The notes under the pieces are model-generated. The model saw only the letters and a list, made by a program, of their open reading frames with translations, was not told the origin of the DNA and did not search any database. Of a stretch of 58,495 bases of DNA, positions 1 through 11,236 are shown one piece after another; positions within the stretch are counted from its first letter, which is position 1; the number at the start of each line of letters is the position of its first letter. A program made the position numbers and the translations under genes. This DNA comes from Octopus bimaculoides (lineage: Eukaryota): contig NC_068987.1 of assembly GCF_001194135.2 (NCBI RefSeq), forward strand, positions 19,828,132 through 19,886,626. The letters run 5' to 3'.

Positions 1-295
1 ATATATATATATATACACATATATATATACATATACATATATATATATACACATATATATATATATATATATACACATATATATATACATATACATATAT
101 ATATATACATATACATATATATATATACATATACATATATACATATATATATACATATACATATATATATATACATATATATATACATATACATATATAT
201 ATACATATACATATATATATACATATATATATACATATATATATACATATACATATATATATATACATATACATATACATATACATATATATACT
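1..295. repeat. Compound (TA)n/(TACA) microsatellite
   Basis: Continuous ATATATAC/ATAC repeats from the window start. Confidence 0.95.
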
Positions 296-690
296 TGTGC
301 ATATAGATGTACATGCGTATATATGTGCATGCATATATATGTGCATGCATATATATGTGCATATATACATGCAAGTGTGTGTGTATATATATGTATGCAT
401 GTGTGTAAGCAGGAAAGCATTTACAAATGACAAATTTGATCAAGACATGATATGGGTTGTTAAGGAAATTTACTTCCAGTAAATTGTCCTGTTTTCAACA
501 TGTAACCTTATCTACTTCAACAGTTTTTAAGTGTTTTGGAAGATTTGTATAGTAGTTTTTTTGTTTTTCCCCAACCGAAAAGACAGGAAGTTTTGTATAT
601 TTCTATTTGGCTCAAGCTGAAATTTATGACAATTTATGACACTTCAGACACATTGTCAGAGACAGTGACAATCACATTGTAAAATAGGGA

Positions 691-845
691 AAGCAGGAAC
701 AGGTGTGTGGTTGAGAAATTTACTTCCTGACCATGTGGCTTTGGGTTCAGTCCCACTATGTGAATCCTAGGGCAAGAAGCCTTTTACTATAGCCCTGAAC
801 TAACTAAAGGCTTGTGAGAAGATTTTGTAGATTCACAAAGAAGCA
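691..845 (+). mobile_element. SINE family A, decayed 5' half
   Basis: GTGTGTGGTTGAGAA...GGGTTCAGTCCCACT...GGGCAAG...ACTATAGCCC matches the intact copy at 4061-4469. Confidence 0.65.
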
Positions 846-1243
846 GGATCTGAAAGTGTGTGTGAGAGAGAGAGAGAGAGCATAGACGTGTACATGTTTG
901 TATGGCCTTGTCTAGACACAATATAATAGTTGTAAATGAGTGTCATTATTATACAAACAATGTTGTTTGTTTCCAATCTGCTATGACAAGTGAGAGTTGG
1001 TAACAGGATGGACATCTGGTCGTAGAAAATCTGCCTCCAGGAGTCCCCGTTCTTTAAGTCACTTTGTAACTTCTGCTGATTAAAGATAAAGAAATATTCA
1101 CATATATTGTATTCCATTTATCGTCTTTGTTCTTCCAAGCCTGTTCTACGCTCCTTAATTGAAGAACTCTATTTACAAACTCAGACACTATGAAACCATA
1201 TGTAACAACCTGTTCTACATTCCATGATTTTATACACACTGAC

Positions 1244-1282
<39 letters not shown>

Positions 1283-1294
1283 GGTGTGTGCATG

Positions 1295-1613
1295 TGAAGG
1301 GATGTGACTCAGTGGTTAGGGTATTCAGCTCACGATCGTAAGGTTATGAGTTCAATTCCTGGTGGCACATTGTGTCCTTGAGCAAGATGCTTTATTTCAT
1401 GTTGCTCCAGTTCACTCAACTGGCAAAAATGAGTAGTACCTTTATCTCAAAGGGCCAGCCTGTCACATTCTGTGTCACACTGAATCTCCCTGAGAACAAC
1501 ATTAAGAGTACACATGTTTGAGAACTCAGTTACTTGCACATTAATTTCATGAGCAGGCTGTTCCGTTGATCAGATCAACTGGAATCCTTATCATTGTAAC
1601 CAACAGAGTGACA
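1295..1613 (+). mobile_element. SINE family B (tRNA-like head, CORE/Meta-like GTCCTTGAGCAAG, shared 3' tail)
   Basis: A box TGACTCAGTGG and B box GAGTTCAATTCC; 3' half GCAGGCTGTTCCGTTGATCAGATCAACTGG is shared with 5252-5638 and 34883-35205. Confidence 0.8.
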
Positions 1614-1620
1614 ATTAGTT

Positions 1621-1853
<233 letters not shown>

Positions 1854-2059
1854 AAACTTTTATTTTTTAATTAGCAGAAAATTAATGAAGTGACTCAAAG
1901 GATGAGAGTTATGTGTATGCCAGCTTAAAGTTTTAAAAAAGAATATATATATATGAACACAAACATATGCACACATCCAGACACACACAGTCGTGTTTAG
2001 AGTTCTCTCTCTTCTTTTCTTCTATCAAACACACACAGTTTGATTAATATATGTACGTA

Positions 2060-2600
2060 AAACATTACAGAGAAGCATATGAAGCATCTAAAACACGATA
2101 GGAAGCCAGAAAGGTTTTCATAAATATCAATTATCTTGCACATGACACTCCACATGCTGCTGCGTACTGCCTTAATTTAGTGGGTGTATATATGCTGTGG
2201 AAAGCTGCATTAGAGCATTTTTCTTTCTCTAGTCTTATGCAAAAACTTAACAATTGCTTAACTGGTTCAGCTGAATATTGGTCAGTAATGGTTCACTGCT
2301 TTAAAGCTGAAAAAGTGGAAGTAAATCTAGAATGGTAGTTTAAAAGAGAGAATCAGATATTGATGGTTTTCACAAAGGCTGATACTGCCACAAAGGCCTT
2401 GTTGAAAGGGCTACAGGTGTTTTCGAGAAGCTCTGAAACTAATTTCAGATGATATAAATCAGAAAGCTGACATATGTTATGAAGCAAACGCCATACTCAA
2501 ACAGCTATAAAAGACAGAACTAATTCTGTTGTCGGATTTCTCGGCTGTCATATTTAGACAGGTTCATTCAAGTCAGCAAATCGTTTTTGAAATGAAATAC
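2060..2600 (+). pseudogene. Degenerate hAT-superfamily transposase fragment (ZMYM1-like type)
   Basis: Frameshifted translation gives N..AH..P.AAAYCLNLVGVY / AVESCIRA..FS.LMQKL..C.TGSAEYW / ADTATKALLKG / ALKLISDDINQKADICYEANAILKQL / KTELILL. This follows the CxxHxLNL...RW...ATKAL region of hAT transposases as I recall it; several stops and frameshifts. Confidence 0.7.
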
Positions 2601-2779
2601 CAGAGTTTTCAATCAGTTATTAAAATTTCGTAAAATTTGTATGGAATTTTTAAATATTTTTTTTTTTTATATATATTGCAACATGTTCAGTGTTGAAAAT
2701 CAAAGAAAAGGATAAAGTAGAAAATACAGAACATTGTAACATAAATTGATAAATATAATTATAAAAAAATTTTTTTTAA

Positions 2780-2955
2780 AGGCATAAGCATGGCTGTGTG
2801 ATTAAGAAGCTTGCCTTGGAGCCACATGGTTTTAGGTTCAGTTTCACTGCATGGCACCTTGGACAAGTGTCTTCTGTCATAACTCTGAGCCAACTAATAC
2901 CTTGTGAGTCAATCTGGTAGACAGAAACTGAAAGAAGCTTCTTGTGTGTGTGTGT
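2780..2955 (+). mobile_element. SINE family A, 5' half
   Basis: GGCATAAGCATGGCTGTGTG...GGTTCAGTTTCACTGCATGGCACCTTGGACAAGTGTCTTC...AGAAACTGAAAGAAGC. Confidence 0.8.
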
Positions 2956-2994
2956 ATTTATTTTAGAAGGTTGTTTGTTATTGCCAGTCAGAGA

Positions 2995-3193
2995 GTGACC
3001 ATTGATTTCATACCTGTAAAGTGCTCAGCTGTACAGGAAACTTGTCAGACTCAAATGGCCAGAGGCACATAACCTCTCTACAATTGGAGAGAGGAAAATG
3101 TCAGCTGCAGAGAGGTTATGTGCTTCTGGCCATTTGAGTCTGACAATTTGCCAACAGAACTAAGCACTTTATAGGTGCAAAAGCAATGGTCAC
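2995..3193. repeat. Long imperfect inverted repeat (hairpin) with a near-perfect 38-bp core
   Basis: 3042-3079 is the reverse complement of 3109-3146 except one G.U pair; weaker pairing extends to 2995/3193 (GTGACCATTG...CAATGGTCAC). Confidence 0.9.
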
Positions 3194-3290
3194 TATCACC
3201 AGCCATTATGAACAACCTAAATATACTACTGCTCTAATGTTTTAGAGTGTGCTTCTCTTTTGGATATGTGAACTACTGACCAATGTATAT

Positions 3291-3364
<74 letters not shown>

Positions 3365-3420
3365 TACATACATAAAAGTCTGATGCTCTACCAAATAATG
3401 TATGTGGGCAGACCTACTTT

Positions 3421-3563
3421 GGCATTAGGAAGGATATCCAGCCATAGAAACCATGCCACAACAGACAGTTTGAGTGCGGACAGCTCCCTGCTAGCTAGCT
3501 CTATGTCAAAACCATCCAACCCATGCCATCATGGAGAGCAGACATTAAATGATGATGATGATA
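3421..3563 (+). mobile_element. SINE family D 3' end with (ATG)n tail
   Basis: TTAGGAAGGATATCCAGCCATAGAAAC...AACCCATGCCATCATGGAGAGCAGACATTAAATGATGATG. Confidence 0.75.
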
Positions 3564-3969
3564 TATGATGTGTTGGCTAGTCTGCATCCCCATAACTTAG
3601 CAGTTCAGCAAACAAAACATTAGGATAAGTATAAGACTTTAAAAAAAATAAATTAAGTACCAGTGTTGATTTGATTGACTAAAATATGTTGATGTGGTAC
3701 TCCAGTATGGCCACAACTCAATGACTGAAATGAGTAAAAGGTGAAAGAGCATTGTACAAGAAAATGAATCAATGATGGCAATGCTGAAGATCCTGCTTTG
3801 TGAGGAAGACAGAAGTTTAATATGGCAACATCTAAACATCTACCTGCCATTGATATGTTATACTTAGCTCTTGGTGTATCATTTCAAAGCATAGAAAAAA
3901 AGGTTTGTACATTTTTTTTTTTACTGCTCACATTTTCAACAACAAAATTAATGAATAATGACATTTTAA

Positions 3970-4581
3970 CCCTTTCGTTACCATATTTCTGTTCAAATAC
4001 ACCCTCTTTATTTAAATAAATTTTAAAAATAAAGAATTTACTAAAATATCTTGGTCAATATGAGCACAGGAGTGGCTGTGTGGTAAGTAGCTTGCTTACC
4101 AACCACATGGTTCCGGGTTCAGTCCCACTGCGGAGTATCTTGGGCAAGTGTCTTCTACTATAGCCTAGGGCCGACCAATGCCTTGTGAGTGGATCTGGTA
4201 GACGGAAACTGAAGGAAGTCCGTCATATATATGTATATATATATATGTATTGTGTGTATATGTTTGTGTGTCTGTGTTTGTCCCCCCCACCATTGCTTGA
4301 CAACTGACGGTGGTGTGTTTACGTCCCCGTAACTTAGTGGTTCGGCAAAAGAGACCGATTGAATAAGTACTGGGCTGACGAAGAATAAGTCCTGGGTGCG
4401 ATTTGCTTGACTAAAGGCGGTGCTCCAGCATGGCCGCAGTCAAATGACTGAAACAAGTAAAAGAGTAAATTACTAGGCTGGTAATTGGGGCATAAATTAA
4501 CATGTAAGCTTAATGGGAAATTTTCATTTAGATCACCTTAATATAAGAAGTTTGTATCATAGAAGATTGGCATCAAAAGAA
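3970..4581 (+). mobile_element. piggyBac-type MITE (TTAA-flanked), split by a SINE A insertion
   Basis: TTAA|CCCTTTCGTTACCATATTTCTG at 3966; body resumes at 4470 and ends ...ATCAAAAGAA|TTAA at 4582-4585; collinear with the copy at 4650-5197. Confidence 0.7.
4061..4469 (+). mobile_element. SINE family A, full length (about 410 bp)
   Basis: tRNA-like A box TGGCTGTGTGG and B box GGTTCAGTCC, CORE-like CTTGGGCAAGTG, internal (TA)n/(TG)n, 3' tail GACTGAAACAAGTAAAAGAGTAAA. Confidence 0.92.
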
Positions 4582-4649
4582 TTAATAGTAGCAAGCCAAG
4601 CTTTTGAAGATTTTAGGTTTGAATTTGTGCCAGAAATTCTTTACTTTAG

Positions 4650-5197
4650 CCCTTTTGTTACCCATATTTTTGTTGGCATACACTAGCTTTGCTTCAATTA
4701 ATTTTGAAAATAATGAAGAATTTAGTCAAAAGCTGTGATTGAAAAGTTCAATTCATAAACACGTGGTTTCAGGTTCAGTCTCAATGTGCAGCACCTTGGG
4801 TAAGTGTCTTCTATACGCATGAGACAACCAATACCCTGTGAGAGAATTTGGCCAAAAGAAACTGTGTGGAAGTTCATCAAATGAGCATGTGTGTGAATGT
4901 TTGTTCACCCACCACTGCCTGACAAAGTTTGGCAAGAGAGAATGACACAATAAGTGCCAGACGAACAAAAAAAATATGTGCTAGGATCATTTTGTTTGAC
5001 TAAACCCAACAAAACAGTGCCCAAGTGTGTCTTCAGTTCAGTGACTGAAACAAGTAAAAGATACAAGATAATTAAACTGGTGTTCGGAACATAAATTAAC
5101 TTGAAAATTTGACAGGTTATAATTTAGATTACTTTAAAGAAAGTTTGTCTCATACATCCACGGGTAATTTCAGGCAGGCTGGTTGGTATCAGAAGGG
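4650..5197 (+). mobile_element. Second piggyBac-type MITE copy, split by a decayed SINE A (4732-5070)
   Basis: TTAG|CCCTTTTGTTACCCATATTT... and ...GGTTGGTATCAGAAGGG|TAA; the inner segment has SINE A head and tail motifs. Confidence 0.7.
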
Positions 5198-5251
5198 TAA
5201 AGCACTTCCTTGGTTAATTTGATGACTTTAGCTTAAGTATATAAATTCACT

Positions 5252-5638
5252 GAGGAGGCGCAATGGCCCAGTGGTTAGGGCAGCAGACTCGTAGTCATAG
5301 GATCGCGGTTTCGATTCCCAGACCGGGCGTTGTGAGTGTTTATTGAGCGAAAACACCTGAAAGTTCCACGAGGCTCCGGCAGGGGATGGTGGCGAACCCT
5401 GCTGTACTCTTTCACCACAACTTTCTCTCACTCTTACTTCCTCTTTCTGTTGTGCCTGTAATTCAAAGGGTCAGCCTTGTCACACTCTGTGTCACGCTGA
5501 ATTTCCCCAAGAACTACGTTAAGGGTACACGTGTCTGTGGAGTGCTCAGTCACTTGCACGTTAATTTCACAAGCAGGCTATTCCGTTGATCGGATCAACT
5601 GGAAACCTCGACGTCGTAAGCGACGGAGTGCCAACAAC
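5252..5638 (+). mobile_element. Young SINE family B with an 11-bp target-site duplication
   Basis: tRNA-like head GGCGCAATGGCCCAGTGGTTAGGGCAGCAGACTC...GGTTTCGATTCCC; TSD ATAAATTCACT at 5241-5251 and 5639-5649; CpGs retained. Confidence 0.92.
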
Positions 5639-6230
5639 ATAAATTCACTACCAATGCCTGATAACCAAGAGCCTTGCAGCAAACAATAGAGTAACATTTA
5701 TTCCTTGATGTTAAAATACCACTATAAATTGGTGTCTAAGTGAGTGGAGAGAAGTGTTTTCTCTTCAAGATGAAGTACCTTATGTAAGTACAAGGATTTA
5801 CAATGGTACAAGAACGGCTAAACAGACTTGCTCTAATGGCAATTGGAAACAATGTTCTCATGGAATTGCATGAAACAATTACATTTTAATTGTTTTTAAC
5901 CTTGTAAAAATAAATTGAATTTTGTTTTTTTAGACTGATTTAAAAAAAAAAATTTTTTTTACGTTTTAAAAATATTAATGAGGACCTCAAAGCACCGATA
6001 GACCATGTCATACAATATCTTAACCTGGCAGTGTGTGTGTGTGTGTGTGTGTAATACACCTGCATGGAAATTCAAACAGCCACACATGTATCTACGTCCA
6101 AGTGTATACACACACACCCATACCAGCATGGAAAACGAACGTTCACACACACGTACATATATTTTTATGGTGATCGAAATTTAACCATTTTTATTTATCA
6201 TACACACACGTATATACATACACGCGCGCG

Positions 6231-6277
<47 letters not shown>

Positions 6278-7102
6278 GATTATATACACCACACGTACAT
6301 ATGTTTATAAATACACGCATTCACATGTATATACACAAACACACAAAGCCATATGGATAAAGCCCAGTCTTCGTGAAATTTCGAAGTCACTTTCAGCATA
6401 TTTGACAACGTTTCTATCGAGCTCTTTCCTTAATCAGTGCTCGTTGACTGAATGAACATATATCTAAAACACCTAATTTTAACCACACACACACACGTAT
6501 GTATACACACGCAGAGGTACATACATACATGTGTTAGTGACCATCTAATGTCGAAGCGAAAACGAAAGACATCCGCGAAAGGAAGAAATAAAACAGATGA
6601 CGACAGTAGAGACATTGAGGAATGGAAGACTTGCAGACGAGAATAAAAACCACTTGCAATATATAATATACACACAGGAGTTGGCGTGTGTGTATACATA
6701 TATCAGTCGCTATGTACATACGTACTATATTGAATATGTGTGTATATATATATTATACACATACACACGCACACAGAAAGAAATACAACATATTATAGAA
6801 CCAGACACACGGAGAAATACAGAACCCACCCCTCGTACATATATGTGGGTATGTATATGCGTGTGTGTGTGTGTGTGTACACACGCACCGAAATGAAATG
6901 AAGAATTATAGACGACAAAAAAGAATCACACACACATACGTAATCCAGACGTGTGTACACAGATGCAATTGTTTGTGTATGTACGCGTATGTGTGCATGC
7001 ATTGTGGGGGTGTGTGGATATATATATATATATATTTCACGGTGGAGCTCCAGCATGACCACAGCCACTTGGCTGAAACCCATAAATAAATATATATATA
7101 TA

Positions 7103-7140
<38 letters not shown>

Positions 7141-7277
7141 TACATATACACAAGCGCGCGCGCGCTCAAAGAAAGATTATGTATGTATGAGTATATATTT
7201 TATAATACACCTACACATTTACATGCATGCGCTTAATTGCAATACAGACATAATATACATAATATAGAGTGTGTATG

Positions 7278-7325
<48 letters not shown>

Positions 7326-7742
7326 NNNNNNNNNNNNNNNNNNNNNNNNNNNNNNNNNNNNNNNNNNNNNNNNNNNNNNNNNNNNNNNNNNNNNNNNNNN
7401 NNNNNNNNNNNNNNNNNNNNNNNNNNNNNNNNNNNNNNNNNNNNNNNNNNNNNNNNNNNNNNNNNNNNNNNNNNNNNNNNNNNNNNNNNNNNNNNNNNNN
7501 NNNNNNNNNNNNNNNNNNNNNNNNATATATATATATATATATATACATACATGTATTCAATGTACGTCTAACTAGCTTTTACTGGTTTCCTTGCTTTCTT
7601 TTTTTTTTTTTCAGTTTGGATTTACCGAAATACATTCATACATACATACATACAGAGACCCACACATACACATCTTAAAGAAAAAGACAATAAGATTAAC
7701 ATTAAAAGGGGGCAAGGGAGAAAGCGAAAGTTTCATATTTAC

Positions 7743-7785
7743 CGTCTAGACGTCCCAAGTCAGAGTAGTCAGGTCGTACAGACAT
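7743..7785 (-). CDS. Candidate first coding exon (whole exon 7743-7815), peptide MSVRPDYSDLGRLD plus a phase-1 base; product not recognised
   Basis: Minus strand: acceptor GTGTTGTCTTTTCGGTTCACAG|, 73-nt exon, donor ACG|GTAAAT; ATG in ACAATGT context with an in-frame TGA just upstream; CpG-rich, non-repetitive. No partner exon identified. Confidence 0.45.
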
Positions 7786-7969
7786 TGTTCATGGAGATGA
7801 TTTCGCGAGTAGATCCTGTGAACCGAAAAGACAACACACTGTCAACAACAACAACCCCTCATAAAAAAAAAATATATAAAGGTGTCAGTGGAATATAAAA
7901 AGCCGTAAGTGGTTTTTATTCATACATAAGCGCCATTGCTGGGGCTGTCAGCCTCGCTTTGGAGCTGAG

Positions 7970-8283
7970 ATACATCTTTCTCTTATATCCCTCGATCTCT
8001 CTTACTCTCCCTCAATCTTTCTCTTTCCTACTCTCCCTTGCTCTCCCTATCTCTCTCATTCCCACTCTCTCTCTCCTTCTCGTTCTTCAAATCTTTGTTT
8101 CTTTCTCCCAATGTTTCCATTCTCATTCTCTTGTTCATGCTATCTCTCTCCCTCTCTATTTTGCACTTTCTATCTGTCTTTCTTCTCTTTCTCTTTTGGT
8201 TTTCTATTCCAATCTTCCCATTCCTATCTCTCCATCTCTCCCCTATTTCTGGTACTTTCTCTATCTCTCACTTTCTTTCTAAT

Positions 8284-8343
<60 letters not shown>

Positions 8344-8790
8344 CAGTTTTCCCTTTATCTCTCTCTCCATTCTCACTCACTGCTTCTTTCTCTCACTTTC
8401 TTTTTCTCCTACCCCTTTTCCTTCCTTACTCTCTCTAATTTCATTCTTACCTCTCTCTTTCTCTTCCACCACACTTTTCTGTCTTTACCTCACCATTCCA
8501 ATCTTCCTCATCCTCTCTTTTTTTGATCTTCTTGTCTCATTTGTCTGTCTCCCATCTCACTAACTTTCTCTCTTCTGCTTTCTGCCTTACTCTTCTACTT
8601 TCAATCTGTCTTCTTTTTCTCACTACATTTCTCTGTCTTTCTCCATTTCTCTGTATCTCTCTAACCATAATCTCCCTCCCTTGTTCTTCCCATTCCTTTC
8701 AATTTTTCTCTTTATCTCACTTCAGCTCACTTTCTCATGCTCTCTCTCTCTCTCTCTCCCTAGGTCTTTCTATGTCTCCTAAATTGCCCA
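7970..8790. repeat. About 820-bp polypyrimidine (CT-rich) low-complexity tract including (CT)n
   Basis: Strongly C/T-dominated on the plus strand; the L/S/F-rich ORFs here are artefacts. Confidence 0.9.
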
Positions 8791-8815
8791 CTTATCTTTC
8801 TGCTGTGTGGTAAGT

Positions 8816-9339
8816 AGGTGCAGGAGTGGCTGTGTGGTAAGTAGCTTGCTTACCAGCCACATGGTTCTGGTTTCAGTCCCACTGCGTCGCACCTTGGGCA
8901 AGTGTCTTCTACTATAGCCTCGGGCCGACCAAAGCCTTGTGAGTGGATTTGGTGGACGGAAACTGAAAGAAGCTTGTCATANNNNNNNNNNNNNNNNNNN
9001 NNNNNNNNNNNNNNNNNNNNNNNNNNNNNNNNNNNNNNNNNNNNNNNNNNNNNNNNNNNNNNNNNNNNNNNNNNNNNNNNNNNNNNNNNNNNNNNNNNNN
9101 NNNNNNNNNNNAAAGAGTATATACATATATATGTATGTGTGTATATGTTTGTGTGTCTGTGTTTGTCCCCCCAACATCGCTTGACAACCGATGCTGGTGT
9201 GTTTACGTCCCCATAACTTAGCAGTTCGGCAAAAGAGACCGATAGAATAAGTCCTGGGGTCGATTTGCTCGACTAAAGGAGGTGCTCCAGCATGGCCACA
9301 GTCAAATGACTGAAACAAGTAAAAGAGTAAAAAAAGAGT
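8816..9339 (+). mobile_element. SINE family A, full length, with an N gap at the internal microsatellite
   Basis: Head, CORE-like motif and tail all match 4061-4469. Confidence 0.92.
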
Positions 9340-9615
9340 ATATACATATATATGTATGTATGTCTTTTCCACCTTCTTTTCATCATGTTCTTCATTTCTA
9401 CTTTTTATCTCAGCTTATCTCATTCGCTATCTATTTATTCCTCTACCTTTCACTCTTACTATTTCTCCTTCTCACCCTCTCTCTCTCTTACTATTCTATC
9501 TTGCCCCCCCCCCTCCGCCCTCCCTCTTATTCTTTCAATGTCTCTCACTCTTTCACTTTTGCATTTACACACACACACACACACACACTCTCTCTCTCTA
9601 TTGATCTATCTAATC

Positions 9616-9810
9616 CAGGGGTTTTCAAACTGTGGTCCGCGGACCACAGGGGGTCCGTAGGTAGCAAATACTTTTTATGGGCAATTTGATTTTATATGTT
9701 TTTTAATCGAAATCTTTTAATTGACAATAAACCTATTTGTTAAATACTGTTAAATAAACAAATGTAAAAATATATGTTATTTTAAGCAAATATTTATATA
9801 TAAATTTCAT
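9616..9810 (+). mobile_element. hAT-like (Charlie-type) non-autonomous element, left end only
   Basis: Begins CAGGGGTTTTCAAACT with a subterminal 20-bp perfect palindrome CTGTGGTCCGCGGACCACAG (9630-9649); no right TIR seen. Confidence 0.6.
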
Positions 9811-10479
9811 AAGCATTTAGCGGTTCAGCAAAAGAGACCGATAGAATAAGTACTAGGCATCCAAAGAATAAGTCCTGGGGTCGATTTGGTCGACTAAAGG
9901 CAGTGCTCCAGCATGGCCACAGACAAATGACTGAAACAAGTAAAAGAGTAACACNNNNNNNNNNNNNNNNNNNNNNNNNNNNNNNNNNNNNNNNNNNNNN
10001 NNNNNNNNNNNNNNNNNNNNNNNNNNNNNNNNNNNNNNNNNNNNNNNNNNNNNNNNNNNNNNNNNNNNNNNNNNNNNNNNNNNNNNNTAGCAAATACTTT
10101 TTATGGGCAATTTGATTTTATATGTTTTTTAATCGAAATCTTTTAATTGACAATAAACCTATTTGTTAAATACTGTTAAATAAACAAATGTAAAAATATA
10201 TGTTATTTTAAGCAAATATTTATATATAAATTTCATAAGCATTTAGCGGTTCAGCAAAAGAGACCGATAGAATAAGTACTAGGCATCCAAAGAATAAGTC
10301 CTGGGGTCGATTTGGTCGACTAAAGGCAGTGCTCCAGCATGGCCACAGACAAATGACTGAAACAAGTAAAAGAGTAACACGGAGATAAACCGGTCAACAT
10401 ATACATTTGTACATACCTGGTTCAATGGTATGTTGCACATATATGCATACATAATATACAGACAGATAGGTTGATAGAT

Positions 10480-10489
10480 ATAAACATAG

Positions 10490-10544
<55 letters not shown>

Positions 10545-10760
10545 TAGATAGATAGATAGATATAAACATAGAGATAGATAGACAGATAGATAGATAGATA
10601 GATAGACAGACAGATAGATATTTAGACATAGATAGCTAGCTAGCTAGCTAGATAGATAGACAGATAGATATTTAGACAGATAGATAGATAGCTAGATAGA
10701 TAGACAGATAGATAGATAGATAGATATTTAGACATAGATAGATAGATAGATAGATAGAAT
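10480..10760. repeat. (GACA)n/(GATA)n compound microsatellite
   Basis: Direct reading. Confidence 0.95.
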
Positions 10761-10808
10761 TTTGTAAATTCATAAATTTAAATCTATAGCTATTCCGTTC
10801 TAAACTGT

Positions 10809-10842
<34 letters not shown>

Positions 10843-10886
10843 GATAACTATATAGAAAGTGAAGACACATGGCTCAGTGGTTTGAG

Positions 10887-11236
10887 CAGTGGTTCTTCAC
10901 CTGGGGGGTACCTCCCCCCCCCCCCCCCCCGGGTGAGCATCAGTAATTTCCAATGGGGGCACGAGCCCTTGAGAAAAAGCAGGAATTTCTCTATATTTGT
11001 TATTCTCTTAAGGAGAGAATGGTCAAATAATGAGAAGTTTATGAGAAAATGCAAAAGTATCGCCTTATACCTTTAGTTTTCTTATTCTATCTTAGCGCCA
11101 CTTACCGTTTTCTGTACTTATTGACCCTGTTTCATATCCCTCAAAACCCTCACTAATTCTGAATCGTGGATTTAACATTTGCATTTATTTTGTAATTTTT
11201 TTTTTGTTACAACAAGACTCAGGTTAAGAACCACTA
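10887..11236. mobile_element. hAT-type MITE
   Basis: TIRs CAGTGGTTCTTCACCTG (10887-10903) and CAGGTTAAGAACCACTA (11220-11236); flanking 8-mers GGTTTGAG and GTATAGAG match at 5 of 8, consistent with a decayed TSD. Confidence 0.7.

Noticed and set aside
5255-5330. tRNA gene
   Set aside because: A and B boxes are present, but there is no closed acceptor stem and it continues into a SINE body with a TSD, so it is a SINE head.
6400-6440. CTGATTA...GAAACGTT on the minus strand
   Set aside because: G8 is missing without a compensating change, and there is no stem II.
9661-10379. Apparent 290-bp direct duplication (9661-9954 repeated at 10088-10379)
   Set aside because: The copies are essentially identical and sit on either side of an N gap, typical of overlapping contig ends. 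The same pattern occurs at about 20160-20250, 34060-34160 and 35250-35790.
11095-11110. Strong minus-strand donor ACG|GTAAGT as a 5' UTR exon of the 7743 gene
   Set aside because: It lies inside the hAT MITE at 10887-11236 with no supporting acceptor; exonisation cannot be judged from sequence alone.
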